Source: an uncultured delta proteobacterium
GTDB taxonomy: Bacteria; Desulfobacterota; WTBG01; CAIYCZ01; CAIRTM01
Reading direction: 5' to 3'
Assembly: GCA_903881505.1 (NCBI GenBank)
Contig: CAIRTM010000075.1
Span: 20,878 to 84,877 of the forward strand
Length of the DNA stretch: 64,000 nt
Below, one piece after another: positions 60,645-64,000 of this stretch (position 1 is the first letter of the stretch; each line of letters opens with the position of its first letter). A program made the translations under genes and the position numbers. The notes under the pieces are model-generated. The model was not told the origin of the DNA. It did not search any database and was given only the letters and a program-made list of their open reading frames with translations.

Positions 60645-60995
60645 GATGCACCCGTAAAAATCTCCGCCTTCCCCGTACTGTTTTTAACAGCCGGGCAGTG
60701 TACATGCTGGCGTGGAACCTATTGCCCGGGACCAGCGAAAATACAAAGATACCTCACCTGCTCTGCATGTACATGTACGGCCATCGATCTGGAACACTGC
60801 TCCGTGTTCCAGAGTACGCAACTTTTTACTATAGCCTTACATTACGCATAAGGACTATTTGTCCTTGATTTTATTCTTCCGTAGAAACATAATCGCTGTA
60901 CATCATTGGAGCCGCCCTGCTCCGTCATGCTATGAGCGCGTTTGGATGGAAGCGGGTGTTTACCGCCATTAATTATTAAACAGAGGGGGACAATC

Positions 60996-61853
60996 ATGAA
61001 ACGATGCATCTGTATCACCCTTGCTGCCATTGCGGGGCTGTGCCTTGCGGCAGCAGCTCCCGCCGGCAGTTCGGCTGCGGAAGGGAAAAACGTCATACTT
61101 GCCACCACGACGAGCACGCAGGACTCAGGGCTTCTGGATGCGCTTTTGCCGCAGTTCGAGAAACAAGCCGGCTATTTCGTGAAGACCATAGCGGTTGGCT
61201 CAGGCCAGGCCATGGCCATGGGAGCCCGGGGTGAGGCGGATGTGCTTCTGGTGCACTCGCCTGCCGATGAGAAAAAGTTCATGGACGAGGGCAATGGATC
61301 GCGGCGCCAGCTCGTGATGCACAATGATTTCATCATCATCGGCCCGGCTGATGACCCTGCGGGCATACAGGCAGCCGCAAACGCTCCCGAAGCTTTCAAA
61401 CTGATCGCTGAAAAAAACGCCCTGTTTATATCCAGGGGAGATAATTCCGGCACACATTCAAAAGAAAAGAAGATCTGGGAGTCCGCAGGGGTAAAGCCGG
61501 ACGGGCAGGGCTGGTATCAGCAGACAGGTCTGGGCATGGGCCAGACCCTGGCGGTAGCCGCGGAGAAAAAAGGCTATACGCTTGCCGACCGGGGGACCTA
61601 TCTTTCACAGCAGAAAAATCTCGGCCTGCCGGTTCTGTGCCAGGGTGATAAAAGCCTTTTGAACGTGTATCATGTTATAGAAGTTAGCCCGCTTAAATGG
61701 CCCAAGGTGAATGCGGCGGGCGCGAAGGCGTTTGCCGACTTCATGGTCGCTCCTGACACGCAGAAGCTGATCGGCGCCTTTGGTGCTGAAAAATTCGGGG
61801 CGCCGCTGTTCGCCCCCGATGCGGGTAAAGCGGTTGAAAGCCTGGGCAGGTAA
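60996..61853 (+). CDS. tupA: Tungstate/molybdate ABC transporter periplasmic binding protein (TupA/WtpA-like).
   Basis: Signal peptide, then ILATTTSTQDSGLLDALLP (TupA signature) and a PBP fold. RBS GAGGGGGA. Confidence 0.8.
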   Translation: MKRCICITLAAIAGLCLAAAAPAGSSAAEGKNVILATTTSTQDSGLLDALLPQFEKQAGYFVKTIAVGSGQAMAMGARGEADVLLVHSPADEKKFMDEGNGSRRQLVMHNDFIIIGPADDPAGIQAAANAPEAFKLIAEKNALFISRGDNSGTHSKEKKIWESAGVKPDGQGWYQQTGLGMGQTLAVAAEKKGYTLADRGTYLSQQKNLGLPVLCQGDKSLLNVYHVIEVSPLKWPKVNAAGAKAFADFMVAPDTQKLIGAFGAEKFGAPLFAPDAGKAVESLGR

Positions 61854-61943
61854 CAGAAGGCAGACCTACCCGCTGCGTTCGCTGCAGCTTCCGGTACATT
61901 GGGATTGCAATCTTTTTAAAAATATTTAACACTGGAGCCCCCG

Positions 61944-61966
61944 CCCGGACAGCGGGGGCTTCGTGC
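61944..61966 (+). promoter_or_regulatory. Intercistronic GC hairpin GCCCCCGC-ccggaca-GCGGGGGC between tupA and tupB. Attenuator or partial terminator.
   Basis: 8-bp GC stem. The downstream U tract is weak (TTCGTGCTT). Confidence 0.4.
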
Positions 61967-62050
61967 TTGGGCCAAAGGCAGATGCTGAGTCCGCAGTATG
62001 CCGGCTCGCACATCAATCCCTTATAAATAAGCGGCAAGGGCTGGTAGAGC

Positions 62051-62749
62051 ATGGAACTTGTTTTCGACGGCATCTGGCAGGCCATTGTGCTGCTCGTCAC
62101 GCTTGACCGCGAGACGTGGGGCATAACTCTTCTGTCCCTGCAGGTCTCAGGCGCGGCAACGTTTATAAGCCTGCTGATTGGCATGAGCGCCGGCATCGGC
62201 CTTGCACTTGCCGAATTCCGGGGCAGAAACCTGCTGGTGAGCGTCATCAACACGGGCATGGGTTTGCCGCCGGTCGTGGTGGGCCTGTTCGTCACGATCA
62301 TGCTGTGGCGCAACGGCCCGCTGGGTTTTTTTGAGATGCTCTATACGCCCGGAGCCATTGTGCTGGCGCAGGCCGTCATCGCAACGCCCATTGTTGCGGG
62401 CATCACGGTGGCGGCCATTCAGAACCTGCCGCGCAACCTTCGCCTGCAGATACTGGCGCTGGGGGCCACGCGGCTGCAGATGGTCCGACTGCTCATGCGA
62501 GAGGCGCGCCTGCCCCTGCTTGCGGCCGTGATGGCGGGATTCGGGGGAGTCATTTCCGAAGTTGGCGCCTCCATCATGGTGGGCGGCAACATCAAGGGCT
62601 GTACCCGTGTTCTCACCACGGCCACGGTCATGGAAACCGGCAAGGGCAATTTCGATATCGCCATCGCCCTTGGCATTATCCTGCTGGGCCTGACCTTTGC
62701 CGTAAATTATGTATTGACGCTTGTGCAGCAGCACGACAGGCCCCGATGA
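62051..62749 (+). CDS. tupB: Tungstate/molybdate ABC transporter permease.
   Basis: 232 aa, 5-6 TM helices, and the ABC permease EAA-like loop ...ALGATRLQMVRLLMREARLPLL. Confidence 0.8.
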   Translation: MELVFDGIWQAIVLLVTLDRETWGITLLSLQVSGAATFISLLIGMSAGIGLALAEFRGRNLLVSVINTGMGLPPVVVGLFVTIMLWRNGPLGFFEMLYTPGAIVLAQAVIATPIVAGITVAAIQNLPRNLRLQILALGATRLQMVRLLMREARLPLLAAVMAGFGGVISEVGASIMVGGNIKGCTRVLTTATVMETGKGNFDIAIALGIILLGLTFAVNYVLTLVQQHDRPR

Positions 62750-63840
62750 ACGCATCTTCCGTCATTCTCGAGCTGAACAATGCGGATGTGCGGCGCGGCG
62801 GCGTCCGAGTGCTCGATGTGCCCCGGTTCCGCCTGCGTCGGGGTGAGATCATGTGCCTTGCGGGACCCAACGGTTCGGGCAAGACAACCCTGCTGCTGAC
62901 GCTCTCCTGCCTGCTTGAGCGTGCGCAGGGTGAACTGCGGTTCAAGGGACGGCCGGTAGCCGGACGCGAATCAGCGCTTGCCTATCGCAGGCATACGGCC
63001 AGCGTTTTTCAGGAACCCCTGCTGTTTGACGCGAGCGTTTATGAAAACGTGGCCTCAGGGCTTAAGCTCCGGGGCGTGCCGCGGCAGGAACTGCGGCAGC
63101 GGGTCGAAAAAAATCTTGAGCGTTTTCGTATCGCTCACCTGGCAGGACGCGCGGCGCGTAAACTTTCAGGCGGCGAGGCCCAGCGCACAAGCCTTGCCCG
63201 GGCCTTGGCCACCGATCCTGAAATTCTTTTCCTTGACGAGCCGTTTTCAGCCCTTGACCCGCCCACGCGCGAAGCGCTTATCGATGATCTCGAGCATAGT
63301 ATCCGCGATACCGGCATTGCCGTGGTCATGTCCTCACACGATCAGGCAGAGGCGCTCAGGCTGGCCGACACAATGGCCGTGATGCGGCAGGGAATGGTCT
63401 TGCAGGCCGGACCGCCTGATGAAATCATGAATTTTCCCGTGGATGAGTTTGTGGCGTCCTTTGTGGGCATGGGCACGGTGCTGAGGGGCCGGGTCGTCAG
63501 CGCCGGCCCGGATACGGTGCGGGTTGCGGTGGCTGAGACGATGATTGAATGCGTTGGCGGCATCGAGGCGGGCCGGCAGGTGGTGCTGTGCATACGTCCT
63601 GAAAATGTGACGATTTCCGCACCCGGCAGCCATAAAGCTGACAGCGCCCGCAACCGTTTTGCGGGCATTGTCAAGCGCATCATTCCCATGGGCCATTTTC
63701 TCAAGGTGCAGCTCGACTGCGGTTTTTTTCTCTCGACCAACATCACTCGCCGCTCGCAGGAGGAACTGGGCCTTGTGGAGGGCGGTTCGGTTGTTGCCAG
63801 TTTTAAGGCAACGGCCGTGCACCTGATACCTCATGCGTAG
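62746..63840 (+). CDS. tupC: Tungstate/molybdate ABC transporter ATPase with C-terminal TOBE/MOP domain.
   Basis: GPNGSGKTTLL Walker A, LSGGEAQRTSLARAL, DEPFSALD, and a C-terminal beta-rich TOBE region. Overlaps tupB by 4 nt. Confidence 0.85.
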   Translation: MNASSVILELNNADVRRGGVRVLDVPRFRLRRGEIMCLAGPNGSGKTTLLLTLSCLLERAQGELRFKGRPVAGRESALAYRRHTASVFQEPLLFDASVYENVASGLKLRGVPRQELRQRVEKNLERFRIAHLAGRAARKLSGGEAQRTSLARALATDPEILFLDEPFSALDPPTREALIDDLEHSIRDTGIAVVMSSHDQAEALRLADTMAVMRQGMVLQAGPPDEIMNFPVDEFVASFVGMGTVLRGRVVSAGPDTVRVAVAETMIECVGGIEAGRQVVLCIRPENVTISAPGSHKADSARNRFAGIVKRIIPMGHFLKVQLDCGFFLSTNITRRSQEELGLVEGGSVVASFKATAVHLIPHA

Positions 63841-64000
63841 GGATGTGCCGCAGTCAGCGCCGGGCGATTGCCTGTTCGACATTGCCCTGAAGGGTTGAAC
63901 CAGAACGAGGCCGCGCTTTGTCTGTATGTGCCCCGATGCTTATTCTGAGGGTCGGCCCCGCGGTCTGGCAAAGTCACTTTTTCAAGCCGCAAAGCAGTAC

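Overview
High-GC (~63-65%) bacterial chromosome segment, almost certainly from an anaerobic deltaproteobacterium (sulfate reducer or acetogen-like). It is gene-dense and mostly core metabolism.

- 1-8.3 kb: carbonyl-branch Wood-Ljungdahl cluster on the minus strand (fhs, RACo/acsV, cooC, folD, then cdhD-cooS).
- 8.6-16.5 kb: cysK, dinB, ettA, cysE, nifS, nifU and a macro-domain gene.
- 16.8-22.3 kb: tgt, cheX, NADP-icd, cheR, a MoaE-like gene.
- 25.8-37 kb: lepA-hemW, an orphan B12-radical-SAM/TPR gene, an RND efflux operon and a UDP-sugar dehydrogenase.
- 37.1-46.5 kb: tsaC, ftsEX-envC-ctpA, fabD, a TPM-NTase-LemA trio, tatD.
- 55.5-64 kb: groESL, grpE, a Cache-type MCP and tupABC tungstate transporter.

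Two stretches look accessory and have lower, mosaic GC: about 22.4-24.7 kb and about 46.5-55.5 kb. The second sits between tatD and groESL. It carries a signal-peptide protein, a divergent ThyA-fold enzyme, and a tight co-directional run of an L-aspartate-oxidase-like flavoprotein, an Asp/Glu-racemase-superfamily protein, a FemAB-like transferase, an ATP-grasp ligase and a membrane protein. This is the best candidate for an undescribed small-molecule, nucleotide or cell-envelope modification module.

Several non-coding repeat families, long inverted-repeat elements and near-consensus promoters are visible. No rRNA or CRISPR was found, and tRNA detection by eye was inconclusive. Every call rests on reading the translations and DNA by eye; no searches were run, and start codons were chosen by RBS and N-terminal plausibility.
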